Shown here one piece after another: positions 9,575 to 18,669 of a stretch of DNA of 54,160 nt (positions are counted from its first letter, which is position 1; every line of letters begins with the position of its first letter). The stretch spans positions 1 to 54,160 of the IMG/VR virus record IMGVR_UViG_3300032323_000448; one strand, written 5' to 3'. This DNA is from a virus (lineage: Duplodnaviria; Caudoviricetes). A program made the translations under genes and the position numbers. Under the pieces are notes generated by a model that was not told the DNA's origin, ran no database searches, and saw only the letters and a list, made by a program, of their open reading frames with translations.

Positions 9575-9810
9575 TACGAAGCCTCCAAGATGATTTTGTT
9601 GTCATCCTCTTGCAGCACATAGCCAGGGGATGTTTCATCGGCAATATAAAAAGTGGCTACAGGCGTAGCTCCGTACAGGTCCACCACCCCATCGTCACCA
9701 ACGTCCTCGCCAATCCCCGCGCCAACGGCATTTACAGCGCTGGTTTGACCGGCAAAACCATCCGTGGTGTTTGCCTGATTGGCGACTCCGGTGTAACCGA
9801 CATGCGGCAT
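9574..9810 (-). CDS. Hypothetical acidic virion protein
   Basis: 78 aa, coupled to neighbours. Confidence 0.6.
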   Translation of the reverse strand: MPHVGYTGVANQANTTDGFAGQTSAVNAVGAGIGEDVGDDGVVDLYGATPVATFYIADETSPGYVLQEDDNKIILEAS

Positions 9811-10113
9811 TTAGATGCCCGCCTGAACGAGTTTCAACGTGGCCGTGCCAGTTCCAGAGTTCACCAGCACCTTGATGCCGGTCACCGGAAAAGCGTAGTT
9901 GCCATCTTGGTTGGTCGTCTCGCCAGCAATCGTCGGATGAGAAAACCAAGTTGAGAAACCAACAGCGGGGTCATCAAAGGTGTGCTGCACGGTGTAATCC
10001 ACCGTCCCAGTCACAAGAACACCAAAGCCCACATTGAAGGGGCTGATGTTTGTATTCATCACCAAAGCGGAACTGGAGCCAGTACCCGTCTTGGAAACAG
10101 TCTGAACTTTCAT
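9811..10113 (-). CDS. Hypothetical beta-rich structural protein
   Basis: 100-aa ORF with RBS GAGG. Confidence 0.65.
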   Translation of the reverse strand: MKVQTVSKTGTGSSSALVMNTNISPFNVGFGVLVTGTVDYTVQHTFDDPAVGFSTWFSHPTIAGETTNQDGNYAFPVTGIKVLVNSGTGTATLKLVQAGI

Positions 10114-10129
10114 TTTGATACCTCAAGAA

Positions 10130-10154
10130 AGGCGGGGGCCGAAGCCCCCACCTT
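10130..10154 (-). terminator. Rho-independent terminator-like hairpin (cUUCGg loop)
   Basis: Minus strand AAGGTGGGGGC-TTCG-GCCCCCGCCTTTC after the stop at 10158. Confidence 0.7.
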
Positions 10155-10157
10155 ATT

Positions 10158-11282
10158 TCAGCACTTCACCGCACCGCCGCGCTTCTTGGCAGGGGTGACA
10201 GTCACAGACTTCTCAGTCTTGGTGACGCTACCCGAGGGCAGATCAGGCTTATCGCCCACTCCGCCAAAGAAGCCTTTGATACGTTTGATGGCTCGACCGG
10301 GCGCACCAAGAATGGTCTCGCGCATGGCTTCGTTCTCTTTCTTTTGGTCAGAATAGAAGCGGTCATACGCGCCTTTGGAAAGGTCTTCTGAAGAGCCGCC
10401 ACCGGCCATCTTTTTGACCTTGCCGCCCTTCTTGAAGGTGCCGGACAACGCATTAATGCTCACAGGGGCGGACGGCTTTTTCTGGCCCTGGGGCATCTTG
10501 ACGACATTCCCAGAGTCATTGACCGCGCCACCCCTAGCAAACTTTTTTGCGGAGCCACCTTTCTTGTAGCCGCCAGCATTGCCCTTACGCACTTCGCCCG
10601 TCGTGGTGTTAGACACGCCAGGAGGAGTCGTAGAGACATTGCCCTCAACACCACCGCCCTTGGCATACTTACGGATGTCGCCACCCTTTTTGTAGCCACC
10701 AGCGTTGCCCATACGGACTTCGCCAGTCTTCTTCGGGGTGTGATGCTCACCTTCAGCGGTGACCATCTTGGTGTTGCGGTACTCGCCGCCTTGGTTTTCG
10801 GTGTTGATGATGCCGGACTTGGGCAAGCCACCTGCGGCCATCTTCACGCTGCCGCCTTTTTTGTAGCCGCCCTGGCCCATCACCACGCCACCCGTGGCGC
10901 AAGTCATGCCGCCTGCTTTCATGCCCTTGTGGGCCTTACTGGCAGGTTTTGCAGCGTGCTTTTCCAGCTTCTTGTCCACGGTTTTAATCGCGGACATTTC
11001 AGCCTTGTGCATCGCAGGGGTCTCCATCTCGGCCTTGCCACCCTTTTTCATGGGGGGCATGGACACGGCAGGAGGAACAGCCATTGCGCGGCGACGAGCG
11101 GCCATTGAAGGACGCATCGGACGCTTTGCAGCCATCATCCCACCGCGGGCCGGAGCAGACATGGGAGCCGCAGCGCCCATCATGCCGCCGTCAGCCTTCT
11201 TGACCGCTCCGCCCTTTTTGAGCTTGAGCTCAATGGAGGGCTCGGTGGTCATCATCTTGACCATCGGTTTGAATTGACCCAT
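10158..11282 (-). CDS. Lys/Gly/Met-rich low-complexity protein with many xxGG repeats (putative internal core/DNA-condensing protein)
   Basis: Start MGQFK after GAGGAG; repeated GGYKKGG, MKKGG, YAKGG, FARGG. Confidence 0.75.
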   Translation of the reverse strand: MGQFKPMVKMMTTEPSIELKLKKGGAVKKADGGMMGAAAPMSAPARGGMMAAKRPMRPSMAARRRAMAVPPAVSMPPMKKGGKAEMETPAMHKAEMSAIKTVDKKLEKHAAKPASKAHKGMKAGGMTCATGGVVMGQGGYKKGGSVKMAAGGLPKSGIINTENQGGEYRNTKMVTAEGEHHTPKKTGEVRMGNAGGYKKGGDIRKYAKGGGVEGNVSTTPPGVSNTTTGEVRKGNAGGYKKGGSAKKFARGGAVNDSGNVVKMPQGQKKPSAPVSINALSGTFKKGGKVKKMAGGGSSEDLSKGAYDRFYSDQKKENEAMRETILGAPGRAIKRIKGFFGGVGDKPDLPSGSVTKTEKSVTVTPAKKRGGAVKC

Positions 11283-11293
11283 GTTGGTTCTCC

Positions 11294-11743
11294 TCAAACA
11301 GTTTGAGCGTACACAACGGTCAGGCGGTAAATGCCTTGGGTCGTGCTGATCGTGCCGTTAGGGTCAACAGTGATGACAACAGATTGGGTCGTGCCAATGT
11401 CGTCCATCGCGGCCAACTGAGCGGCAGTGAAGGTCAGAGCAATGCGGCCACCACCGATCACATCCGTCGAGGACACGTATTGCGTGCCCGCGGCAGCGGT
11501 GCCGATAGTCATAGCGATTGCAGTAGCGGTGCCGCCACCAACCACCTCGTCTTGGATCGTGTCAACAAAGAAGTTGATGATCTGAGAATAGGCGGGCAGA
11601 GTCAGCGTTGCGCTGGCCGCGGTACCCGCAGCAACGGTCGTAACGGTGGTGGTCTGAGACAGAACGACGTTACCGCCGTCAACCGTGTCAGTCAGCGCCG
11701 TAGAACCGGAGCGCAGGGCAGAACCGAAGTACGTTTGTGCCAT
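11294..11743 (-). CDS. Putative capsid accessory protein
   Basis: 149 aa beta-rich, strong RBS AAGGAG, directly after MCP. Confidence 0.65.
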   Translation of the reverse strand: MAQTYFGSALRSGSTALTDTVDGGNVVLSQTTTVTTVAAGTAASATLTLPAYSQIINFFVDTIQDEVVGGGTATAIAMTIGTAAAGTQYVSSTDVIGGGRIALTFTAAQLAAMDDIGTTQSVVITVDPNGTISTTQGIYRLTVVYAQTV

Positions 11744-11762
11744 TGTCTTTTCTCCTTAAAGG

Positions 11763-11785
11763 AGTGGGAGCCGAAGCCCCCACTT
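11763..11785 (-). terminator. UUCG hairpin after the major capsid gene (terminator or stabiliser)
   Basis: Minus strand AGTGGGGGC-TTCG-GCTCCCACT followed by CCTTT. Confidence 0.6.
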
Positions 11786-11788
11786 TGA

Positions 11789-12706
11789 TTAGACGCCGGG
11801 GGTACCGTACATCGCACGCGGGTCGGTGAAGCCAACGTCGTAACGCTCGGTGGCCTTGTAGCGCATCGAGTCGGTTTCGAAGTCACCTTCCATCGTCTTC
11901 TCCAGACCACGGCGCATCATCAGCTTCATGCCTTCAGGCGCGTCGGTCTGAACCCACCAAGCGGTCGGGCTGGTCAGACGGGAGATAACAGCGGCACCTT
12001 CGTCCAGCAAGCCAATCGACTTGACGGGGTTGATGTCGTTGTTGGCGGTACCGGCACGCAGCACGGACTTGAGCAGCACTTCGGCCTGGAAGACGTTGCC
12101 AGGAGCGACCACCAGTTGGCGGGGCACCAGACGGATCTTCTTGCCGTTGTTGTCCACAGCCTGACGGATCTGGATCAACATTTGCTCAAGAGAGGTTTGC
12201 GACAGGTTCGCGGCGGTGGTCAGCAGGTTGCTGAAGGTACCGTTCACGATGGGGTGCGAGGCGCTGTTCAGCGCGACACCGTCGCCACCGGCGTACTGGC
12301 CGCCAGTGAAGGCGTTGTTCAGCACGTTGGCGCACAGGGTCTCTTTGGTCTCAATCAGGGACTGAGCCAAGTGACGCGCATAAACCTGACCGATACGGAT
12401 GTGGTCGCCGTCCTCAACCAGCACTTTGGTCAGGGCGAAGGCGAGGCCATACACCGAGTACACATAGCGCTTGAGGAACAGCACGCCGCCCTGCTGATAG
12501 GTCACCGGAGTGCCATCAGGCAGTTGGGGAGCGGCGCCAAAGCCGTACAGAACGGGCTCTTCGTGGTAGTTACGGGGAATGCCTTCTTGCTGGCGGAACA
12601 CACGGCTCCACTCATCGGCACGCTGATCGTAAACGCCGTCAAAGCATTCGTTCAGGATAGGTTCAACGATTGACCGAAAGTCGGTACTACGCATTGGGGA
12701 TGCCAT
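11789..12706 (-). CDS. Major capsid protein (Mu gpT-like family)
   Basis: 305 aa; GDGVAL.SASHP, PRQLVVAP, LTSPTAWWV, GDFETDSMRYKATERY..GFTDPR. Confidence 0.85.
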   Translation of the reverse strand: MASPMRSTDFRSIVEPILNECFDGVYDQRADEWSRVFRQQEGIPRNYHEEPVLYGFGAAPQLPDGTPVTYQQGGVLFLKRYVYSVYGLAFALTKVLVEDGDHIRIGQVYARHLAQSLIETKETLCANVLNNAFTGGQYAGGDGVALNSASHPIVNGTFSNLLTTAANLSQTSLEQMLIQIRQAVDNNGKKIRLVPRQLVVAPGNVFQAEVLLKSVLRAGTANNDINPVKSIGLLDEGAAVISRLTSPTAWWVQTDAPEGMKLMMRRGLEKTMEGDFETDSMRYKATERYDVGFTDPRAMYGTPGV

Positions 12707-12719
12707 TTGTCAGCCCTCC

Positions 12720-13292
12720 TTAGATTGCGCCGCGATCAGCGACATATTGGTGTTCAGCGATTTGGACCTGAACAACGGTGAAGGCATCTCCCCAAGCATT
12801 GTCAGGGTACGGAGCGAGGTTAACCACACGCATTTGCTTGCTGTTGCCAGCGCCAGCAGCGGTAGTACCCAGCGTACACTGGCTCAGACCGGTGACGGTC
12901 GAACCAGCGGTTTCGTTGGTGATGTCGAACTGTTCACCGATGGACGCTTGGGTAAGCGAGCCAGCAGCTTGCATTTCGTACACAACCAGCGGGTCATCCC
13001 ACACGTAAGCGATGCACGAACCGGTCTGGTAGGCGGTAGACGCCGGCCAGTAGTTCGACACGCGACGGCGACCAGTGGTGTCAGTGAATTCAACACCATC
13101 AAAACCGCCCAGGAACGCTTGACCAGTAGCAGCGGGCTCAATGTTGCCAGCCGTAACCAGTCGAACCGGTTGACCTTTCAGAATTGACGAGCCGTAGCCC
13201 GACACAATACCGTCCACATATGCACGAGCGCGATCCAGACCAGAAGGATGGAACGCAGGACGCATACCGAACGGAGCATTAATAGCACTCAT
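12720..13292 (-). CDS. Putative capsid decoration/cement protein
   Basis: NAPFGMRP N-terminus, immediately upstream of MCP. Confidence 0.65.
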   Translation of the reverse strand: MSAINAPFGMRPAFHPSGLDRARAYVDGIVSGYGSSILKGQPVRLVTAGNIEPAATGQAFLGGFDGVEFTDTTGRRRVSNYWPASTAYQTGSCIAYVWDDPLVVYEMQAAGSLTQASIGEQFDITNETAGSTVTGLSQCTLGTTAAGAGNSKQMRVVNLAPYPDNAWGDAFTVVQVQIAEHQYVADRGAI

Positions 13293-13304
13293 AGTGGCTC
13301 CTTG

Positions 13305-13859
13305 TTAGCCCTCAAAAATGGGGGCGAGGTTGGTTTGCTGTTTGTCAACATTGCCCAAGCCATCACCTTCAAGTCGCACAAGCGATTTGCCGCTGGAGTC
13401 ACGCGCACCTTGGAGATTCTCAACTTGCACCTCAACGCGCTGGGCCTCCTCACGGGGCTTGTCGTAGTGGTACTCGGCCATGACCGATTGATAAATTTCC
13501 ATGGGGAGCTTGAACAGCAGCATCTCGTTACACGAGATTTGACCAACATGTTCACCTGCCTTAACCCGATGATTTTCGAACCCAGGTAACTCATCCGCCA
13601 TCACGGGAACGTACCCAAGTCGCATCCTTCGGTTGATAGGATCGTAGTTGTTGGTGGTAGATAGCCAGCACAGGTGCCACCCAGGGATTGAGTCCCCAGG
13701 GATCTTGGGCAGTGCTGATTGCGTCCACTCATCGCTCCACATCTTGCGACGTTCCTGCGTTGACATGAACTTCTCTTCGGGGGCGGCGCGGCTTTGATCT
13801 TGCGAAGACCGGCTTTCACGACCACCAGCGTTGAGGGATTTTTTGAGCCTACTCTCCAT
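13305..13859 (-). CDS. Conserved head-module hypothetical protein
   Basis: IPGWHLCW...RMRLGYVPV...MLLFKLP pattern; between scaffold and MCP. Confidence 0.65.
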   Translation of the reverse strand: MESRLKKSLNAGGRESRSSQDQSRAAPEEKFMSTQERRKMWSDEWTQSALPKIPGDSIPGWHLCWLSTTNNYDPINRRMRLGYVPVMADELPGFENHRVKAGEHVGQISCNEMLLFKLPMEIYQSVMAEYHYDKPREEAQRVEVQVENLQGARDSSGKSLVRLEGDGLGNVDKQQTNLAPIFEG

Positions 13860-14379
13860 GAGAGTACTCCTTATTTTTCAATTCAGTAAGAATTCTATTC
13901 GCGTCTGCCTTGGCTTGCTTGCGTTTTTGCCAGACTTCTTTCATCTTCTTGCTTGCATTGGATCGAAAGGAGTCGTCACGAACGCGGCCACGCTGGGCTT
14001 TAGCGAATGCTTCCTTAACCGAGGGGTTTCTGTCAATGTTTGCCTGACGAATCTTTTCTTTCGTCTCGGCGCTATGTTTGTACCCAGCAGGGCCAACTTG
14101 ACCGCCGACTGTCATGTTGTAGCCGTTCGGAACAAGCGTGTTGTGTTGCTGGATCAGCATACGCTCTAGATCACAAGCAGACTGCAAGTCAAAGGAATCA
14201 GCAATGTGCGTGAAGACAAAACTGTCAAACCCGTACTCTTTGATGGCCTTATGAAACACAGACTTAGTCCAAGCGCATTTATGCGAGATCAGACGCTTCT
14301 GATACTCAGCCGTAAGCCCAACATACTGCTTGCCATTGGCAACGTTTGTAGCCATGTAGAGCGTGTATGTCGACTTCAT
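13849..14379 (-). CDS. Free-standing GIY-YIG homing endonuclease
   Basis: LYMATNVANGKQYVGLT..R..H, AIKEYG..SF, PNGYNMTVGG, KHSAETKEKIR. Confidence 0.85.
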   Translation of the reverse strand: MKSTYTLYMATNVANGKQYVGLTAEYQKRLISHKCAWTKSVFHKAIKEYGFDSFVFTHIADSFDLQSACDLERMLIQQHNTLVPNGYNMTVGGQVGPAGYKHSAETKEKIRQANIDRNPSVKEAFAKAQRGRVRDDSFRSNASKKMKEVWQKRKQAKADANRILTELKNKEYSHGE

Positions 14380-14384
14380 GCCAA

Positions 14385-15368
14385 TCAGCTCCTATTTTGA
14401 CGGGCTTGTTCTGCGTAACGTTTGATCATGCGGTTGCGGGCTTGCGGGTCATCCCACATGCCTGCGTCCTTCATAGCGCGTACTTGTTCAGGGGCAAGAA
14501 CAAAGGTGTTCTTAGCTCCAGAAGCTGCCACGCTTTCACGACCAGATCCAGTCACAACACTCCTCGGTTTTCGAGCAATAGGTCTCTCGTCATCACTGTC
14601 ATCAGTATAGCGATGCGGAAGACGTTTGTGTACACGCCGATCCAGCTCTTTCCAATATTCTTCAGTAGCTGGGTTCCAGCCTTCTTTAACTAGGCGTTCA
14701 TCAATTACCTTGGTAATCGCGGCGTCTTCGTCATCGCTGTTAGGGTCATACCACGGGTTGCGCTCCATCCATCGCTGGGCTTGGAGCTTGACCGAGTTGT
14801 CGATAGGCGCCGGCTCTTGGGTAGAGCGCACAGCGCGGTTCTTCATGCTCTTGAGAGCCTCGAGTTCGCGTCGGGTTTCATACCACATTTCCTGCGCTTT
14901 GATGAGGGCCTCACCATCAGCAGCAGAGGTGGCTTCCGAGATCTTCATCGCGGCGTACTGCACGCGAAGCTCTTTGTCCTCGATGGCCTTGTCGATTCGA
15001 GCCATGTCAGCAGACTGGCTCTTGCGCTCGACCACGGACAAGCGTTCCATGAGTTCGCGGTTCTGGCGGTCTAGCATCGCCAGCCGCTGATCCTTCTCCT
15101 CATTGGTCTTCTTGATGTATTCCTTCTTGGCCTTGCGACGGGCGCGGCGAGCAGCACGGATAGCTTCCGTGTCGCCTTCGCGGTCTACGTCGTCATCGTC
15201 AGCAGCGGAGACTTCCCCGCCCTGGGCCGATTCCTGAACGTCATCGCCAGGATCGTCTTCATTGACGGCATCCGGGCTCGGGATGCTCTCGGGCAAGTCA
15301 ACAGTGACGGAGCCGTCCTGCTCTTCCTTGACCTTGATCTCTACTTTGTCTTCGACTTCATTACTCAT
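14385..15368 (-). CDS. Putative capsid scaffolding protein
   Basis: Acidic N-terminus, long coiled coil, W.ERNPWY; between portal and MCP. Confidence 0.7.
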   Translation of the reverse strand: MSNEVEDKVEIKVKEEQDGSVTVDLPESIPSPDAVNEDDPGDDVQESAQGGEVSAADDDDVDREGDTEAIRAARRARRKAKKEYIKKTNEEKDQRLAMLDRQNRELMERLSVVERKSQSADMARIDKAIEDKELRVQYAAMKISEATSAADGEALIKAQEMWYETRRELEALKSMKNRAVRSTQEPAPIDNSVKLQAQRWMERNPWYDPNSDDEDAAITKVIDERLVKEGWNPATEEYWKELDRRVHKRLPHRYTDDSDDERPIARKPRSVVTGSGRESVAASGAKNTFVLAPEQVRAMKDAGMWDDPQARNRMIKRYAEQARQNRS

Positions 15369-15376
15369 GATGTTCC

Positions 15377-15814
15377 TCAGATGAAAGCACGCATGGCAAG
15401 CGGGTCACCAGTCACTTTGGCAATAACTTCATGGTCGTTCAAGATCATGAACAGTGCTGGGTCTTCAAGGTCATCCTCACCGGGGATCTTCACTTCCCAG
15501 CGATCTCCGCCCCACTTAGGGACGCGGATGTAGTCACCAACAGAAACCCAAGACCCCTCGGGCCAAGGCTGCATGGTGTCTCGATGACAGAACGCGATGG
15601 GGCCAATCGCAACGACTTTGGCAACCATGTTGTTCCACTTTTCGGTTTCCTTGGTTTCTTCAACCAAGATAATCCCGGCGCCAGTAGTACGCTTCTTCGT
15701 GCGGCGAAGCTGCACAAGAATTCTTCCACCTAGGGGTTTCGCACCGGGTTCAACGCTCGGAAATGCCCAAGCCAACTCAGCTTCGTTAAAAGCTACCGGT
15801 TCATTCATGTTCAT
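15377..15814 (-). CDS. groES: Phage-encoded GroES-like co-chaperonin
   Basis: KPLGGRILVQ...GAGIIL...KVVAIGP...VSVGD....KWGG...ILNDHEVIAKV. Confidence 0.85.
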   Translation of the reverse strand: MNMNEPVAFNEAELAWAFPSVEPGAKPLGGRILVQLRRTKKRTTGAGIILVEETKETEKWNNMVAKVVAIGPIAFCHRDTMQPWPEGSWVSVGDYIRVPKWGGDRWEVKIPGEDDLEDPALFMILNDHEVIAKVTGDPLAMRAFI

Positions 15815-15986
15815 CAGGATCCTTCAAAAGGTTATTTAAGATCTCAAGGGCATCACCTAGCCCCTGATAACGACCAACCATGCGCTGGTAAGACTCCCAT
15901 GTAGGCGCATTTCCCTGCGCCAAGGAAAGAGCTATTTCGCTCTGTGAGTGCTTGATGCCAGCTATGAGGTCACTTACGGTTCCCAT
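15801..15986 (-). CDS. Hypothetical protein
   Basis: 61 aa, YQRMVGRYQGL, coupled to groES. Confidence 0.65.
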   Translation of the reverse strand: MGTVSDLIAGIKHSQSEIALSLAQGNAPTWESYQRMVGRYQGLGDALEILNNLLKDPDEHE

Positions 15987-16148
15987 TTACTTCTTCTTCG
16001 CTTGGCTCAGACCTCCTTGGGGTTTAGCGGGCGCCTTGGCGGGCTGGCCCTTGGGTTGAAGCGAGGTGCCATCGAGCTTGGCGCCCATGGCAATACGCTT
16101 GTGCATGGGCACGCCTGCGCCCATCTGCTCTTGATCACTGGTAGCCAT
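15987..16148 (-). CDS. Small basic hypothetical protein (53 aa)
   Basis: MATSDQEQ start after AAGGAGG, overlapping the portal end. Confidence 0.6.
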   Translation of the reverse strand: MATSDQEQMGAGVPMHKRIAMGAKLDGTSLQPKGQPAKAPAKPQGGLSQAKKK

Positions 16149-18660
16149 ACGGACCTCCTTTGGTTGCAAAAGTGAGAGCGGCTTTACCTTCATCCAAACG
16201 CAACTTGGCCGCATCTCGCTCAAGTCGCGCCGCTTCAATCTCTTTCTGGGTCTCCTGATCGCCCTCAGCAATCGCCAAGCGCAGGCGCAGGTCTTCCATC
16301 TTCAGCTCTGCATCCTGCTGCTGCTTGGCCTGAGCCAGTTGGATGTCAGCCTGATCCTTGGCCGTGCGGCGCTGGGTCTCAGCCATGCTCGTGCGCTCCA
16401 GCACCATCGCCTCCGGAGTCATCTGGGGCTGCGGCTTGTATTTCTGGATCTCTTGGATCATGTTCTGGATCAGCGGCATCACGCCCTGGAACACCTCGTT
16501 GGTGTCCATGTTCACATGCTGCGCTGCAACAGCAAACAACTTGTCCACCTTGCTCGTGATCGCGGGCTGGTCGTAGTCCTTAATCTCGTCGCCAGAGGAC
16601 TTCAGGACGTAGCCGTTCATGCGGTTGAGGTACCACATGGTCAGGTGCTGCTTGATGTGCTCCATGACGTTGGGCAGGAACGCCGGGGCCATCAGCGGGT
16701 TGGCGCCTAGGATTGGGTCTTTGGCGAAGTCCAGATGGCTTTGCAGGTGCGCGAGGTGGTCTTGCTCGATGTAGGCGAAGGCGGGCTTGCCAAGGGCCAT
16801 AGCCACGTTCTCGTTGGCTGCATCGCGCTTCTCAGGCGCCGGCACATCCTTCATCAGCTCGTTGACTTCCGGCACCTTGATCTGGGTCAGGAAGCGCTCA
16901 ATCACGGCCTTGCGGTCAAACAGGTCCGGGTTCTTGTCCATCACCGCCATCACAGCCTGAATCTGGGCCATGCGCTGGGTTTCGGAGAAGATGTTGGGGT
17001 CGGACACCGGGATCACATCGGTGTTGCGGTTGAAGTCTTCCTTGCGGATGTCCAACTCAGCAACCACCTCGCCCTTGCGCTGATCCTCGAGGTACCAGCG
17101 GTTCAGGCGGCCAAGAACCTTGAACAGGCGCCCCTGGGCGTCATGCAGGCGGGCATGGATCGCAGAGAACACCACGGCGCCCTGCTCAATCAGAGCCTGG
17201 GTCGTGCCCACCGGTGCGTTGGCGTTCACATCGGCAATCTTCTCCTGGGCGGTACTGACCACGCCGCGGGCAGACTTGTCCAGATAGCCCACCAGCTCAA
17301 ACAGAACCTGCGAGGGCGGGTTAAACGGCATCGGCATGGCGATCTTGCGGATGTCGTCCACGCCCGGAGCGCCTTCAATCTCAGCCACCTGGGTGACCTC
17401 GACCTGCTGGCTCTGGCCGCTGATCTTGGCGCCCTTGAGCTTGAGCATCGTGGCGGCGTTGTTGATGTGCGCGGAGTCCAGCAGGGCGCGGATACCGCCC
17501 GTCAAACCAGCAGCCAAGCCGCCGATCAGGTGCGGCAGGCCCACAGCGTAGGCGCCGCGCCAGGGGATGAACTTGAACTCAATGAGCCAGTCCAGCTTGG
17601 TCAGGGTCTGATCGCCCTCTTCCCAGTTGCGGTACAAGCCGATCACCTCAGACTCAAGCTCGTCGATCATGAGGATGTAGGGGGCCATCTTGCCCTTGGC
17701 GCGGTCGTCGTCCTCAATCTCCAGCCACGTATACACGTGATAGACGCGGCGCTCGCCGTCCACGTTGTCGGCCTCACGCTTGCGGCCTTCGATCTTGTCG
17801 TTGGCCTTCTCAGCCTTCGTCTCAACCGGGTCCATCGTGGCGCGGACAAAGTCGGTGTCGATGTACAGGCCCTGGGCAACCCGGCGCTTGTACTCCCACT
17901 CGGTGATGTCGTTCTGCTCAGTAACCCGCTGGGCGGTGTAGAAGTTGGCAGCGGAGAACGGCAGCAGGATGTTGTCGATGGGAACGAACTCAGCGCAGGG
18001 GCGCTTCTTTTCCTCGTCGTACCACAACTTCATGAACTGAGAGCCGCCCAAGGGGAGCTGGGTCAGCATCTGCTCCTGCTCGTCGCGGAACTCTTCGATC
18101 TGCTCGGTAAGCTGCCAGTTGATGTAGTCGCGCTTGCGCTCGGCAATCGCCAGCTTCTCTTTGTCCGTGTCGCCCACGATCTTGGTACGGGCAGGGCCAG
18201 ACGGCGGGAACAGTTCTTTGATGGCGCGGGCAGCAAAGTCCACGCAAGCCTCGGCCATGACGGGGTGAACCACCTTGGAGGCGCCGCTAAACGTCGCGCC
18301 ACCGGGGGCATCCTTGCCCATGCCGGTGCGGCGCAGGCCTTCCTCGTACTGCTTGTCCCGCAGCTCACGGGCGTTGCGGTCTTTCTCAATCAGCTCAATG
18401 TACCGAGAGGCAATCGTGTCCAGAGTAAAGTTATCAACGACGCCGTCAGCGAGGTTGCTGTAGAAGTCCTCGTCCTCAGAGGGGCCCTTGAGGTCTTCAT
18501 TGAGGCTCACCACCGCAGAGCCGTCGGGCAGCTCCTCGATGTTGGAGTCGTCCAGCTCCAGCTCAACCTCCACCGAACCATCCTCGTTCTCAACCGGCAT
18601 GCCAGGGATACCTTGAATCTCTTGGCCGTAGCCCTGCTCGATGGGAAATTGAGTAGCCAT
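16135..18660 (-). CDS. Portal protein (P22-like with C-terminal barrel)
   Basis: 841 aa; GASKVVHPVMAEACVDFAAR, LPLGGSQFMK, APVGTTQALIEQG, Q-rich tail; upstream of scaffold/MCP. Confidence 0.85.
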   Translation of the reverse strand: MATQFPIEQGYGQEIQGIPGMPVENEDGSVEVELELDDSNIEELPDGSAVVSLNEDLKGPSEDEDFYSNLADGVVDNFTLDTIASRYIELIEKDRNARELRDKQYEEGLRRTGMGKDAPGGATFSGASKVVHPVMAEACVDFAARAIKELFPPSGPARTKIVGDTDKEKLAIAERKRDYINWQLTEQIEEFRDEQEQMLTQLPLGGSQFMKLWYDEEKKRPCAEFVPIDNILLPFSAANFYTAQRVTEQNDITEWEYKRRVAQGLYIDTDFVRATMDPVETKAEKANDKIEGRKREADNVDGERRVYHVYTWLEIEDDDRAKGKMAPYILMIDELESEVIGLYRNWEEGDQTLTKLDWLIEFKFIPWRGAYAVGLPHLIGGLAAGLTGGIRALLDSAHINNAATMLKLKGAKISGQSQQVEVTQVAEIEGAPGVDDIRKIAMPMPFNPPSQVLFELVGYLDKSARGVVSTAQEKIADVNANAPVGTTQALIEQGAVVFSAIHARLHDAQGRLFKVLGRLNRWYLEDQRKGEVVAELDIRKEDFNRNTDVIPVSDPNIFSETQRMAQIQAVMAVMDKNPDLFDRKAVIERFLTQIKVPEVNELMKDVPAPEKRDAANENVAMALGKPAFAYIEQDHLAHLQSHLDFAKDPILGANPLMAPAFLPNVMEHIKQHLTMWYLNRMNGYVLKSSGDEIKDYDQPAITSKVDKLFAVAAQHVNMDTNEVFQGVMPLIQNMIQEIQKYKPQPQMTPEAMVLERTSMAETQRRTAKDQADIQLAQAKQQQDAELKMEDLRLRLAIAEGDQETQKEIEAARLERDAAKLRLDEGKAALTFATKGGPYGYQ

Positions 18661-18669
18661 ATTCAGTCC

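Noticed and set aside
13849-14379. Group I intron around the GIY-YIG gene
   Set aside because: Neighbouring genes are complete and abut the ORF; no non-coding flanks for a ribozyme core
16135-16170. FATKGG at the portal C-terminus as a member of the GG motif set
   Set aside because: It overlaps the AAGGAGG RBS of the next gene, so it is probably incidental
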